A DNA stretch of 38,945 bases, from positions 1 to 38,945 of the forward strand of contig JBEIJY010000026.1 in the NCBI GenBank assembly GCA_040380025.1. Reading direction: 5' to 3'. The notes under the pieces are model-generated. The model had not been told where the DNA came from, ran no database searches, and worked only from the letters and a program-made list of their open reading frames with translations. Within the stretch, counting starts at the first letter, position 1, and every line of letters begins with the position of its first letter. Positions 7,174-17,087 of this stretch are shown here, one piece after another. The stretch comes from Bdellovibrionales bacterium (GTDB lineage Bacteria; Bdellovibrionota; UBA1018; CAIMNF01). The position numbers and the translations under genes are program-made.

Positions 7174-8838
7174 ATGAAGCCAATATTGCCTGCCCTTCGC
7201 CTGATCGGTGTCTCCTTGCTCCTGCTCGTCTGGATCGCCCCGGCGTCCGCAACCTCGGAGTGGAAAATCACCAAGACCAAATGGACCACCGCCGATGAAT
7301 TGGCCTACATGGATTTTGTCGCGGCCCTGGGCAAGGATGATTGCAAGACGCTGGATGAGTGCCTGAAGAGTGAAGCGAATCCGTACCGCTCGGCGGACGA
7401 GCGGGATTGGAAAATCGGGGCGGATTGTGCGGATCTGCCCTATTTGCTTCGCGCCTACTTCGCCGCCAAAAACGGCTTGCCCTTCTCGTTTGCCTCGGAT
7501 GTGAACGCGGCCCCCCCTCCTGAGGGCGCGAAAAATCCGACCACCGGTTCTGATGTCCGCTACAGCCCGTACGGCAATGTGGTCGCAGACAGGTTCGATG
7601 TGGTCACACCAAAACCGGGATCCCACAAGAATCTTCGTAGCCTCTTTGTGAAGATCCGGGACACGATCGCCACCGGTATGTTTCGGATGGATCCCAAGCA
7701 GGAAGCTCACAACACAGGACTTTTCCCTGATTTTTATTCCTCCGACATCTCCCGAAAGGGAATCCGCCCGGGAACGGTGATCTACGACCCTTCCGGCCAT
7801 GTCGGCGTCGTGTATGAGGTCACCAAATACGGCCACATCCGATACATGGATGCACACCCCGACAACTCGCTCACCCGGAAACACTACGGTCAGGCCTTCG
7901 ATCGCTCCCGACCGAGTTCGGGTGCCGGGTTCAAGAACTTCCGCAACCTGGAGTTGGTCGGTGCGAGGATGCAAAATGACGGGACCCATGTGGGGGGACA
8001 GGTGGTTTCCCCCCTGCGTAACGACCAATACTCGGGGTTTTCACTCGTGCAGTTCTACGGAACCCATCCTGATGCGCGCAATTGGGCAAAAGGTCGATTC
8101 CTCATCGACGACCGAGAAGTCGATTATTACGATTATGTGCGCGAAAAACTCACGATCGGAAACCTCCTCTACGATCCGATCGAAGAGCTGACCTTCATGC
8201 TCCAGGGCCTTTGCCTCGACCTGAAAGACCGTTTGGACTCTGTGAATGTCGCCATCAACGAGCAACTAAACGAAAAACCCCACCCGGAACGGCTTCCCCG
8301 CAACATCTACGGAACCTCCGGGGAATGGGAATCCTACTCCACCCCTTCGAGAGATGCGAGGTTCAGAACCACCGCAAAAGAGATGCATGATCGGGCTATT
8401 TCGCTGTTGGAGCGGTACAAGAAGAATGATCCCAAAGTTCAATACAGTGGCAATAATCTGAAGGCTGACCTTCTTGTCACCTACAACCGGGAAATGGCGG
8501 GTTGCCGGATTCAGTACAAGAACTCCGTGGGTGCGCTTGTTCCCCTCACCCTGAATGATGTGATGGATCGTCTTTTCAAGCTTTCGTTTGATCCGTACCA
8601 CTGCATCGAACTGCGCTGGGGCGCTCCGGAGGGATCGCGCGAACGGCAAACCTGTTCTGATTCCAATGAAAAGCTCCGCTGGTACAACGCCGAGCAGTCG
8701 TTCCGGAACACCCTGAAACGGAATTATGAGGCGCGGATGGACTTCACGATCGAGGAACTCGAAAGCGCGAACAAAAAGAGCCCTGTCACTGCCCCGAAGA
8801 TCAACCTGGGAGAGTCGCTTCAACTCATCAAGAATTGA
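7174..8838 (+). CDS. Large secreted hypothetical protein with papain/NlpC-like Cys-His motifs
   Basis: Signal peptide; DCADLPYLLRAYFA and IRPGTVIYDPSGHVGVV...YMDAHPD. Confidence 0.8.
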   Translation: MKPILPALRLIGVSLLLLVWIAPASATSEWKITKTKWTTADELAYMDFVAALGKDDCKTLDECLKSEANPYRSADERDWKIGADCADLPYLLRAYFAAKNGLPFSFASDVNAAPPPEGAKNPTTGSDVRYSPYGNVVADRFDVVTPKPGSHKNLRSLFVKIRDTIATGMFRMDPKQEAHNTGLFPDFYSSDISRKGIRPGTVIYDPSGHVGVVYEVTKYGHIRYMDAHPDNSLTRKHYGQAFDRSRPSSGAGFKNFRNLELVGARMQNDGTHVGGQVVSPLRNDQYSGFSLVQFYGTHPDARNWAKGRFLIDDREVDYYDYVREKLTIGNLLYDPIEELTFMLQGLCLDLKDRLDSVNVAINEQLNEKPHPERLPRNIYGTSGEWESYSTPSRDARFRTTAKEMHDRAISLLERYKKNDPKVQYSGNNLKADLLVTYNREMAGCRIQYKNSVGALVPLTLNDVMDRLFKLSFDPYHCIELRWGAPEGSRERQTCSDSNEKLRWYNAEQSFRNTLKRNYEARMDFTIEELESANKKSPVTAPKINLGESLQLIKN

Positions 8839-8852
8839 TATCAAGAATTGAT
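8827..8852. repeat. 13-bp tandem duplication
   Basis: ATCAAGAATTGAT twice, spanning the upstream stop codon. Confidence 0.9.
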
Positions 8853-8881
8853 CCATCGGACATGGTGCGCGCGGGAAAATC

Positions 8882-9010
8882 TCAATCCTCGTCTTCCGCG
8901 GCCGGCCTGACGAGCTCGCCCCGGATCCGGAACACCGGCGCCTGCCCCGACTCGAGGTGCAAATCGCTCGCTCCCCTCTCCTTTCCGATCCGGATCCATT
9001 GCTCCATCAT
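8882..9010 (-). pseudogene. PilT/PilU-like ATPase N-terminal remnant (42 aa)
   Basis: MMEQWIRIGKERGASDLHLESGQAPVFRIRGELVR matches the PilT-family ASDLHL...P..RI.G.L motif; start overlaps the yciH stop. Confidence 0.75.
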
Positions 9011-9366
9011 GATTTGATCCCCTCTTTTTTTAGAAGCTCCCGGATCGCCTCGCGGTGATCGCCTTGGATTTCGATCACCCCGTCTTTTCCGGAGGTAAGG
9101 TAGGTTCCTCCGGTCCCGCATTTTTTCTTCAGCTTGGTGGTGAGATCTTTTAAAAAGACCACATTCTTCGGAAGGCGATCGATCACGGTCACGGTCTTTC
9201 CGCCCCGTCCATTTTTTTCGATCCGAATCAGGGCCACGAACTTGGCACTCTTCGGGTCCACCTCGGGTTTGCAGGTGCATTCCGAAACCACCTCTTTGCA
9301 CTTCGTGCATTTTCGGTTCAGTTCGGGATCGGTCGAATACACCAATCGGGTGTTTTTGGAATCCAT
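9007..9366 (-). CDS. yciH: Translation initiation factor SUI1/YciH
   Basis: LVYSTD...EKNGRGGKTVTVI...LKKKCGTGGT...IEIQGDHRE. Confidence 0.93.
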   Translation of the reverse strand: MDSKNTRLVYSTDPELNRKCTKCKEVVSECTCKPEVDPKSAKFVALIRIEKNGRGGKTVTVIDRLPKNVVFLKDLTTKLKKKCGTGGTYLTSGKDGVIEIQGDHREAIRELLKKEGIKS

Positions 9367-9505
9367 GCCCTGAATCTAACGCGAGTGCAGACCGGGAACA
9401 AGGCTTCGAAAGAATGAACCAATCTGCAGGACTGCCTGCGGAACCGGCCACACACCTGACGCCCCCACGCAATCCGGGCGTTCTTTTTTGTGCTATCGTC
9501 GTGCC

Positions 9506-10081
9506 ATGGGATTCAGGGTGATGATGTTCGTGATTCCGTTCGTGTTCGGCTTTTCGGGAGGTGCCATGGCGATCGAGGAACCCCAATACCGGGTGTTGGT
9601 TTCGGAGGATGAGATGGAGATCCGCGAGTACGAGCCCTTCATTGTGGCCGAGACCCGCATCGAGGCCCCGATGGAAGAAGCGGGCAACCGCGCCTTCCGG
9701 ATTCTTGCGAACTATATTTTTGGCGGGAACTCCGGGCAGAAAAAGATCAGCATGACGGCACCGGTGTCGGTTCAGGCCGAGTCGGAAGGCACCCATGTGG
9801 TCACCTTTTCGATGCCCTCGGGCTTTACGATGGAATCGCTCCCGAAGCCCGAGGACTCGAAGGTGACCCTGCGGCCGGTACCGAAGAAAAAAATGGCGGC
9901 CTATCGCTACTCGGGGACCTGGTCGATCGAGCGGTTCGAGGAACGAAAGAAGCGCCTCACCGCGTGGATTCAGGCGAAGAATCTTAAGATTACGGGGAGC
10001 GCGATCTTCGCTCGCTACAACGCCCCTTGGACTCCGTGGTTTTTGCGGCGAAACGAGGTTCTGATTCCGCTCGAGGAATAG
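9506..10081 (+). CDS. SOUL heme-binding protein
   Basis: IEEPQYRV...EIREY...AFRILANYIFGGN...ISMTAPV...YNAPWTPWFLRRNEV. Confidence 0.93.
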   Translation: MGFRVMMFVIPFVFGFSGGAMAIEEPQYRVLVSEDEMEIREYEPFIVAETRIEAPMEEAGNRAFRILANYIFGGNSGQKKISMTAPVSVQAESEGTHVVTFSMPSGFTMESLPKPEDSKVTLRPVPKKKMAAYRYSGTWSIERFEERKKRLTAWIQAKNLKITGSAIFARYNAPWTPWFLRRNEVLIPLEE

Positions 10082-10083
10082 CC

Positions 10084-10758
10084 TCAAAGTCCGGCTTTTT
10101 GGAACTCCCACTTCGGGTAGGCTTTCCTCAGATTCGCTCCAAACCGATTCCAGTCCTCGGGCTTCAAGGGCGACGGAACGAATGAAACCATGCGATCAAG
10201 GGACTCCTGAATCGAGTATCCCCACCTGACCCCACCGAGGGGGATCACCCGGTTCTTCCGGATTTTCACGGGAAACAGAAATGCCTCCCAGTTCAAATGA
10301 TCGTTCTCTTTCAGGTTCCAGCAGGGAGAATCATAAAACCGTGGGTCTTTCGCGCCATCTTTCATGAAGGGACGGCCTTGGCTTCGGGCATCATCAGAGG
10401 AATCCACCATGATCCAGTCGCGCGAATCGGACGAGATGTTGAATCCGGCCTTGAAGGCCCCCTATTCGGGAGCCGGGCGGTGAAAGCGAATGATCTGGAC
10501 CCAGTTGTCCGCGCGCGGGTCTTCCGTATCGAGCACGGGAAAGCGCGCATTCGCACAGGGAGGACTGCTGGCATGGGGAATGAACCTCACCATCCATTCC
10601 GCACTTTTACGGCCCCAGAGCGGAAGAGCAATCGATTCAAACTTGCCTTCTTTCATGCAACGAGCCCAAACCGTATCGGGTTTGCACTGATTTTCGGCGG
10701 CCAAAGAAACAAACGGACTCCCGAAACCAAGAATCGCTAAAATCAAATACTTAGGCAC
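10084..10758 (-). pseudogene. Secreted hypothetical protein interrupted by one in-frame TAG
   Basis: ORFs 10462-10758 and 10084-10410 share a frame and are separated only by TAG at 10462-10464. Confidence 0.7.
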
Positions 10759-13313
10759 TCTGGAGGCTCCTTTCCGACGACTCCGCTGAGCCCGGAAATG
10801 CGATCGAAGCGTTCAGCCTCATAGCCGGTGGTAATGTAAATCTTCTCGAATCCCATCTCGTGAATCTTCGGCACAAGCCCCTCCCCTGAAACACCGTTAC
10901 CCAAATGTGCGTCCAAAAAAATAATTGATTTTCGATCCAATGATTCAATCCCATCAAGGAATTTTTCGGGTTCGTAATAATGAATGAGATTTCCTCCGCT
11001 CCTGCGGGCGACGGCATCCCAAACCAAGTGCACCAATTCGTCATCATCCAGCAAAACCGCATCAACGGAAACAGGTAAAGATCCACATGAAATCGGGATC
11101 TGCTCGATCATGGATTCAGGAATCACCTTGACTCCGATTTCGAGGCAGGAATCGATCAGGGATTGATCATCATGACGACTGCTCACAAGAATGGAGCGGG
11201 ATGCAATCCCAAGAGATCGGATCAAATCGATGGCTGTTTCATTTTCATTTTTCAGATCAAAATCAATGATAAAAAGAAAACATGTTTTCTTCGACCCGGA
11301 GTCCTGAAACCATTTTCGCAATTGATTCATGCCCGAAAAATGCAGAATCTCGACCCCGGATCGCGCCTCCCTCAACCGCTCCTCCCAGAGAGCATGAATT
11401 CGCTCATCGTCGTCCGCCACAACCACTGCCATCCCTTGCGGAATGCTGATCGCCGGAATAGACCAAGAAGGAAAGGGTGCCAGAGGGAGCGTGATTCTGA
11501 CCGATGTGCCCGCACCGATTTTTGATTCGATTTGCACTTCACCCTGCCATGCCCTCACTGAGTTGATTGCATGAAAGAGACCGAAACCCGACCCCGTTGT
11601 CTTGCCATAGCTCGCCCCGATTTTACCCAACTCGTTCCTGATCTCCTCTGGAATTCCAACACCGTTGTCCGAAACCGTAATCTCGAGCCTTTCTCCGTTG
11701 AGCTTGACTGCCACTTCCACCGAACCTGAATCCGGGATCGCCTCGACCGCATTGTTGACGAGGTTCGAGATCATCCTTTTCATTTCTACGGGCGGAATGA
11801 ACGCAAAAGCACGATAGGATTCGGAGTCCGTCACCATGCGGATCTCAATTCCGCTTCGGGATCGGAACTCCATTCTTTTCTCTGCCAACACCAGGCCAAC
11901 CAGACCGGGGACATGACACTGAATCCTCGCCTCTGATGAATGAACCCCGGTCTGACCGTCTTCTGTTGACCATGCTTCGCGCGGGGTCTTCTGAAGCAGA
12001 TGATCCGCAATCCCCTTGATCGTAAGAACTGCACTTCGGATCAGGGTGCGGTTTTCATCTGGGATCGCACCAATCCCTTGAAGAGCGGTCTCAATCACCG
12101 CCAAAGGGGAACGAATGTCGTGGCCTGCTTGAGATGAGACCAAATCAGCCGTTTCTCTGTTCTTATTGATGACCACTTTACTCAGTGCGGAGACAACCGG
12201 CTGGAACTCGATCAACTCCGATTCGAAGCAGGCGGGATCAAACCTGCCGAAGGTGATTGACTCACCCATTTCGCTGGCTCTCTCAAGAACGCTCCGACTG
12301 AGGTACACCCCCGCCACGTTCGAGGTTACCCAGAAAAAGGCAAACACAAGGGCGTATCCGGCAACCGTGCTGGCATCAGCAAGACGAAGGTATGGAGACA
12401 CAAGCAGATTGATGCATGCAAAAGTTAAAAGTGCGGACACCATCAATGCCGGCACAAGAACTCTTACATGATTAAGGGGGGCGGGGGTCATGCAAAGAAC
12501 CGATTTTTTGCGGATGGAATTCACATGGATCCAAATGGAATTGATCAATAGCATTGATATTGCAATGGACCACCCGTGTTCGAAAACAGGAATCCCCAAC
12601 GGGCGCTGTCCAACATCCTGGTAACGAAGTGCAAAATCGCTTGCATTCAGAGTCAAGAAAAAGAGCCACATGAGAAACTCCGAAACACTTCGGGTACGAA
12701 CGCTTGCAATGAGCAACGCTCCCACGGTGAAGCTCTGTAGAATTCCATACGCATAAGAGGTGAACACATTGAGCCAAGGCCGGTCATATCCGACGGGGAA
12801 CTGGAAACTGAGAACCACTTTATAGGACCAAATGAAATAGATGAATCCTATCAATGCAATGGATCCAACCACCCGCCTCATAAAAGTCCGGTCCAATGAC
12901 TCCTTGCCGCGGAGAAATGCCGCAATCCCCAAACTTGCCATGAACACCAAATATGGCAATTCATGAGTCAGCATCAATAAGTGGTTTTTGTAGATATGAC
13001 CCAGAAGATAGTAATCGAAACCGTAAAAGAAATCGCCGAAAGCCAGCATGAAAAACGCCAACACAAGGATCTTCAACCATGGGGGATTGGGCTGTCTGCC
13101 CCGCATGCCAAGCAGGAGAAAAACCGACGACAGAGCCGCACAAAGCGCCTCATAAACCGAGACCAAGAACCCGGATTTTTCGGGATCGAGCCGAATCAAA
13201 CGACAGAGTTCCGGCGTGAAAAAAACAAAGGCGATATTCGCTGCGATGATCGCAAAAACCAACCCAATTGAAACAACCGGAATATTCCGAAGCCCATCCC
13301 AGAACTTCTTCAT
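10743..13313 (-). CDS. Hybrid sensor histidine kinase (multi-TM sensor, HisKA, HATPase, two receiver domains)
   Basis: AGHDIRSPL, NLVNNAVEA, SDNGVG, GSGFGL; REC motifs VVADDD...IDFDL and LLDDD...FLDAHL. Confidence 0.9.
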   Translation of the reverse strand: MKKFWDGLRNIPVVSIGLVFAIIAANIAFVFFTPELCRLIRLDPEKSGFLVSVYEALCAALSSVFLLLGMRGRQPNPPWLKILVLAFFMLAFGDFFYGFDYYLLGHIYKNHLLMLTHELPYLVFMASLGIAAFLRGKESLDRTFMRRVVGSIALIGFIYFIWSYKVVLSFQFPVGYDRPWLNVFTSYAYGILQSFTVGALLIASVRTRSVSEFLMWLFFLTLNASDFALRYQDVGQRPLGIPVFEHGWSIAISMLLINSIWIHVNSIRKKSVLCMTPAPLNHVRVLVPALMVSALLTFACINLLVSPYLRLADASTVAGYALVFAFFWVTSNVAGVYLSRSVLERASEMGESITFGRFDPACFESELIEFQPVVSALSKVVINKNRETADLVSSQAGHDIRSPLAVIETALQGIGAIPDENRTLIRSAVLTIKGIADHLLQKTPREAWSTEDGQTGVHSSEARIQCHVPGLVGLVLAEKRMEFRSRSGIEIRMVTDSESYRAFAFIPPVEMKRMISNLVNNAVEAIPDSGSVEVAVKLNGERLEITVSDNGVGIPEEIRNELGKIGASYGKTTGSGFGLFHAINSVRAWQGEVQIESKIGAGTSVRITLPLAPFPSWSIPAISIPQGMAVVVADDDERIHALWEERLREARSGVEILHFSGMNQLRKWFQDSGSKKTCFLFIIDFDLKNENETAIDLIRSLGIASRSILVSSRHDDQSLIDSCLEIGVKVIPESMIEQIPISCGSLPVSVDAVLLDDDELVHLVWDAVARRSGGNLIHYYEPEKFLDGIESLDRKSIIFLDAHLGNGVSGEGLVPKIHEMGFEKIYITTGYEAERFDRISGLSGVVGKEPPECLSI

Positions 13314-13332
13314 GGTCGCACCGAATTCATTT

Positions 13333-14055
13333 TCACCAGGATATCGCATGACGGTGACGAAAAAACTGCCCGGTGGGACCATCATCGCCAAGAAGCGCAA
13401 GCCGCACGATCTCCCTGGCTCCGTCCTCGACTGAAAGATCCGCCTGTGCTCCCCCCATATCTGTCCTGACCCAGCCAGGACTCACGGAATTGCAAAGTAT
13501 CCCGAAATCTTTCAATTCATCGGCCAGAACACGAGTGACTCCGTTCAATGCCAACTTGGATATGCGATATGCGGGAATTCCGCTATCCATGGTTGTGAGC
13601 TGTGCCGACTGACTCGAAACATTCACGATTCGGCCTGAACGCTGACGAATCATCATGGGTACGAATGCCTGACAGACCCGGATCGCTCCGAATGCGTTGG
13701 TATTCATGGCGTCTTTAAAATCACAAAGAGAAGTCTGAAGAATGCTTCCCTCCTCAAAAACTCCAGGAATCTTATTATCAGGCAGAACGCCGGCGTTATT
13801 AATTAAAATATCCAACCTTTGATGGCGTTCTTCTATGGTGTTTTTGGCTTTATTTATGGAATCGGAATCCGTCACATCAAGCACAAGGCTCTCAACATGG
13901 AGGCCTTGCTCACGCAAGAGTTCTTCTGCTTTTCTTCCTTTTTCAAGATCGCGGGATCCGAGAATCACAAGACAATGAGATTGCGCAAGCTGTCTGCACA
14001 CCTCAAAACCGATTCCTCGATTCGCCCCAGTTACCAGTGCAGTTTTTTTATTCAT
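13333..14055 (-). CDS. SDR family oxidoreductase
   Basis: TGANRGIG, NNAG, YRISK, PGWVRTDMG. Confidence 0.95.
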   Translation of the reverse strand: MNKKTALVTGANRGIGFEVCRQLAQSHCLVILGSRDLEKGRKAEELLREQGLHVESLVLDVTDSDSINKAKNTIEERHQRLDILINNAGVLPDNKIPGVFEEGSILQTSLCDFKDAMNTNAFGAIRVCQAFVPMMIRQRSGRIVNVSSQSAQLTTMDSGIPAYRISKLALNGVTRVLADELKDFGILCNSVSPGWVRTDMGGAQADLSVEDGAREIVRLALLGDDGPTGQFFRHRHAISW

Positions 14056-14179
14056 GAGATCCCCAAACTTCCTTTATCCCGATGAACCAGTGCGAAAAAA
14101 ATACAAACACACACGGACAAAGTCAATCACCCCAGCTTCTACCGGCGCGACTCAACACGCTTGGATCTCGCGTGAAACC

Positions 14180-14383
14180 CTACTCCGAATCCTCATCCGA
14201 GGGTCCCTGCGGGCCAGCTACGATTCCCTCAAGATCCGGATCGCGCCCCTCGGCGATCAGCCGATCGCGCTCCTTCTTTTGCTCCTTGCGGACCTCGCGC
14301 TTTTCTTGCTTTTCCTGATGACGTTCGCTTTTTGCCCGCTCACGCGCCCGTTTGGCCTGGCTGGCCGGTCCCGGTCTTCCCAT
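14180..14383 (-). CDS. Small charged hypothetical protein
   Basis: AAGGAG RBS; K/R/E-rich helix followed by DPDLEGIVAGPQ. Confidence 0.7.
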   Translation of the reverse strand: MGRPGPASQAKRARERAKSERHQEKQEKREVRKEQKKERDRLIAEGRDPDLEGIVAGPQGPSDEDSE

Positions 14384-14400
14384 GCTGATCTCCTTGCCCG

Positions 14401-14446
14401 AAAAAAAAGAGGCCTGATTTCATGCCTGGGCACTCCATCAGACCTC
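14401..14446 (-). terminator. Intrinsic terminator of the RRM gene
   Basis: Minus strand GAGGTCTGAT...ATCAGGCCTC followed by T8. Confidence 0.75.
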
Positions 14447-14476
14447 CTTAATGTGTTGAAATGAATCGATCAGATC

Positions 14477-14770
14477 TTAGTAACGGCGCGCGCCTCTGGG
14501 AGGTCCGCTACGATCGCGAGGAGCCATTGGCTTCGCTTCGTTCACGGTCATCGCGCGGCCATCGAGCTCGCGGCCATTGAAACGGGAGATCGCGGCTTGT
14601 GCTTCGGCTTCGGTCGACATTTCGACGAATCCAAAGCCTTTGCTGCGGCCGGTTTCACGGTCCATGATCACCGACGAAGAGTCGACGGTTCCGCACTCTG
14701 CAAAGGTTCTTTGCAAAGAATCGCTGGTTACTGAAAAAGAGAGATTTCCGACAAATAATTTCTTACCCAT
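14477..14770 (-). CDS. RRM (RNP-1) RNA-binding protein
   Basis: RNP2 LFVGNL, RNP1 KGFGFVEM; AAGGAGG RBS. Confidence 0.96.
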   Translation of the reverse strand: MGKKLFVGNLSFSVTSDSLQRTFAECGTVDSSSVIMDRETGRSKGFGFVEMSTEAEAQAAISRFNGRELDGRAMTVNEAKPMAPRDRSGPPRGARRY

Positions 14771-14942
14771 AAATTACCTCCTTAAGGCAGGGGAGCTCTA
14801 AAGAGGATATGGGCACCACGCCCGCAGACTCGGTAGAAGCAAAATTACTGACAAAGGGGATAATAACACCCTCTTCGGATAATAGATACTAAAATAGTAC
14901 AGTTAACGCGAAATCCCGATTTTTCATGATACAAGCCCATCC

Positions 14943-15335
14943 ATGAAGCCCAAAAAACCCGTTCCCTTTGACTTCGTGCTCGACGCGCTTCAGGGACTCG
15001 AGGTTCACACCCGCCCCCTGTTCGGATGCACGGCCGTGTATGTGGGCGACAAGATCGTGCTCGTGCTCCGAAAAAAAGCCAAAACCGATGCCGACACGGG
15101 CATCTGGGTCTGCATCCCCGATGAGCATGTGCGCGAGATGAAGCGGGATTTCCCGATGCTTCGGGGCGTGAGCTTTTTCGAGAACCCCGATTCGGCGTGG
15201 CAGACGCTTCATGAGTCGGAGCCCGAGTTCGAGGAGATTGCGCTTAGGCTCTGCGGCATGATCCGGAAGCGCGATGTGCGCATCGGACGGGTGCCGAAGG
15301 TGAAGAAGAAAAAGAAGAAATCAAAACGAACGTGA
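14943..15335 (+). CDS. TfoX/Sxy N-terminal-like hypothetical protein
   Basis: TRPLFGCTAVYVGDKIVLVLR...WQTL...DVRIGRVPK. Confidence 0.6.
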   Translation: MKPKKPVPFDFVLDALQGLEVHTRPLFGCTAVYVGDKIVLVLRKKAKTDADTGIWVCIPDEHVREMKRDFPMLRGVSFFENPDSAWQTLHESEPEFEEIALRLCGMIRKRDVRIGRVPKVKKKKKKSKRT

Positions 15336-15618
15336 TTGCAACAAACTGGCCTACTTGACTGCGCATAGTTAAGGTGGCTCGAGCAGGGAAGTGTCTGAAA
15401 TAAAAAATGGTTTGGCCGACTCTCGCGAGCCAGGATGGCGAGAGCGAGGCCGGACGACCCGGCTCGGAGGCTAAAACAATTTTTATTTCAGGCACTTCCC
15501 TGTTTGAGAGCCCGTAATTATGCGCAATCAAGTAAGCCAGTTCGTGATTGCAACAGGGAACAATACGGTACCGGGCCCATTTCTTGACTCGAACCCAAGC
15601 CGCCGATAACCTCGGCCC

Positions 15619-16463
15619 ATGAAAAACAGGTCTCGGGACATTTTCGAAATCACCATGTTTTGGGGCGAAACCGCCATCTTTACCGAGCGGGTCATCAACA
15701 CGCTCGGGTACGCAAAGCGCCTTTACATCGCCGAGGGAAATGAATCCCATTCGGGAGAATTCAAACGGCCCCACCAGGTTCCGGCTTTGCTTGCGGGCCT
15801 TCCAAAAGAACTTCGCGAGCGCGTTGTGTTTGTTCCGGTTCACCTCGAGAACACCACCGAAAAGAATCCTTTCAAGCGCGAAAGGATGGTGCGCGATGCC
15901 GCCCTGAACGAACTTCGAGAAGCGCCCGATTTTGACGCGAACTCGATTTTATTGTGCAGGATTTCGACGAATTCCTGATCCCTGCGCGGGTTCCTGAAGT
16001 GATCGAGTCCGAGCTTTTTTCGTGGCGATTCTGGCGCAAAAGCTTCCGGTTCCGACAGCGCCTTTCGTATTACCATTTGAACCTGATGTCCGAGGGGGAC
16101 TGGACTCTTGGATTCGCCTGCCTGGGCCGAATGGCGCTCGATCCCGGTTTTAGCGCAAACCGCTGGAGGCATGTTCTTGCCAAAAAGAGGTCTCCCCTCG
16201 CAAAGACTTATCTCGGCTGGCATCACAGCTATCTGGGGGATGTGAACTTCATCAAAACCAAGATCCGATCGTTCGCCGAAGCGCATTTGGAACAATTCAA
16301 AGAGATCACCGAAGAACAGATTCAATCCGCCCTGGATGGCGCATCCGATCTCTTCGGCCGGGACTTTCGGTATTATCTCGTGAACTACGAGAATCTTGAT
16401 CCGATCCCCGCGCTTTTAAATCGAAGAGACTTGATGAAAGATCCACGCGGGCACTCTGCGTAA
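15619..16463 (+). pseudogene. Glycosyltransferase family 17-like gene with a 1-nt frameshift at ~15950
   Basis: IAEGNESHSG, FKRERMVRD, DFDE, LSYYHLN, GWHHSYLG, IKTKIRSFA; two overlapping ORFs. Confidence 0.75.
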
Positions 16464-16528
16464 TTCCCCAACGGCACGCGCTTTGCTTTTCATTACTGTG
16501 GCAGAAGCCGAATTCGAGGGGGTTTTTC

Positions 16529-17044
16529 GTGACAAGTTACAGCAAAATTCTAGTCGTTTATTATTCACGATCCGGGAACACCCGGACCGTTGCCGAGTCG
16601 ATCGCAAAGAAACTGAAGTGCGAGACGGTGTTTCTTGCGGGTCGCCCCTACACCGGATGGCAAGGGTACGGACGGGCCCTGATGGACACCCTGTTGCGTC
16701 GAAGAATCCAAATCGAGCCGGTTCTGAAGAATCTTGGGAATTATGACCTCATCCTGGTGGGTGGTCCGGTTTGGGCGAGCGCGATCGCGGCCCCCGTGCG
16801 GGAATTCCTGACCGAGTATCAGCCGAAGCTCGGAGCGGTCGGATTCTTTGTGACCCAGGGCGGAGCAAGAGGAAGCACCCAGGTGCTCGAAGAGATGAGC
16901 CGGCTTGCAAAAAAACCCCCTGTGCGGACGCTTGTGCTCTCGGCGCGGGACCTGAAGCAGTCCTCGCTTGATCGCAAAATCGAGGGCTTTGTAGCGCCTT
17001 TTCGTGGTCCACCGAAACAGTTTATCAGCGAGACGCGCGCTTGA
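16529..17044 (+). CDS. Flavodoxin family protein
   Basis: VVYYSRSGNT, YDLILVGGPVWA, FFVTQGG; GTG start with GAGGGG upstream. Confidence 0.9.
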   Translation: MTSYSKILVVYYSRSGNTRTVAESIAKKLKCETVFLAGRPYTGWQGYGRALMDTLLRRRIQIEPVLKNLGNYDLILVGGPVWASAIAAPVREFLTEYQPKLGAVGFFVTQGGARGSTQVLEEMSRLAKKPPVRTLVLSARDLKQSSLDRKIEGFVAPFRGPPKQFISETRA

Positions 17045-17087
17045 CAAAATAGGTCAACAATGATAGAGTCCCCGCCTGGGGTTTGTC

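Noticed and set aside
8882..10111. 409-aa minus-strand ORF
   Set aside because: Shadow over SOUL and yciH; only the last 42 aa (PilT-like) look real.
10462..10464. Stop-codon reassignment or pyrrolysine
   Set aside because: Single case; TAG terminates conserved genes in this window and no pyl genes are present.
15244..15843. Minus-strand ORF with HELAY, resembling a decayed HExxH motif
   Set aside because: No credible start, overlaps real genes, and the motif is incomplete; at most an unprovable remnant.
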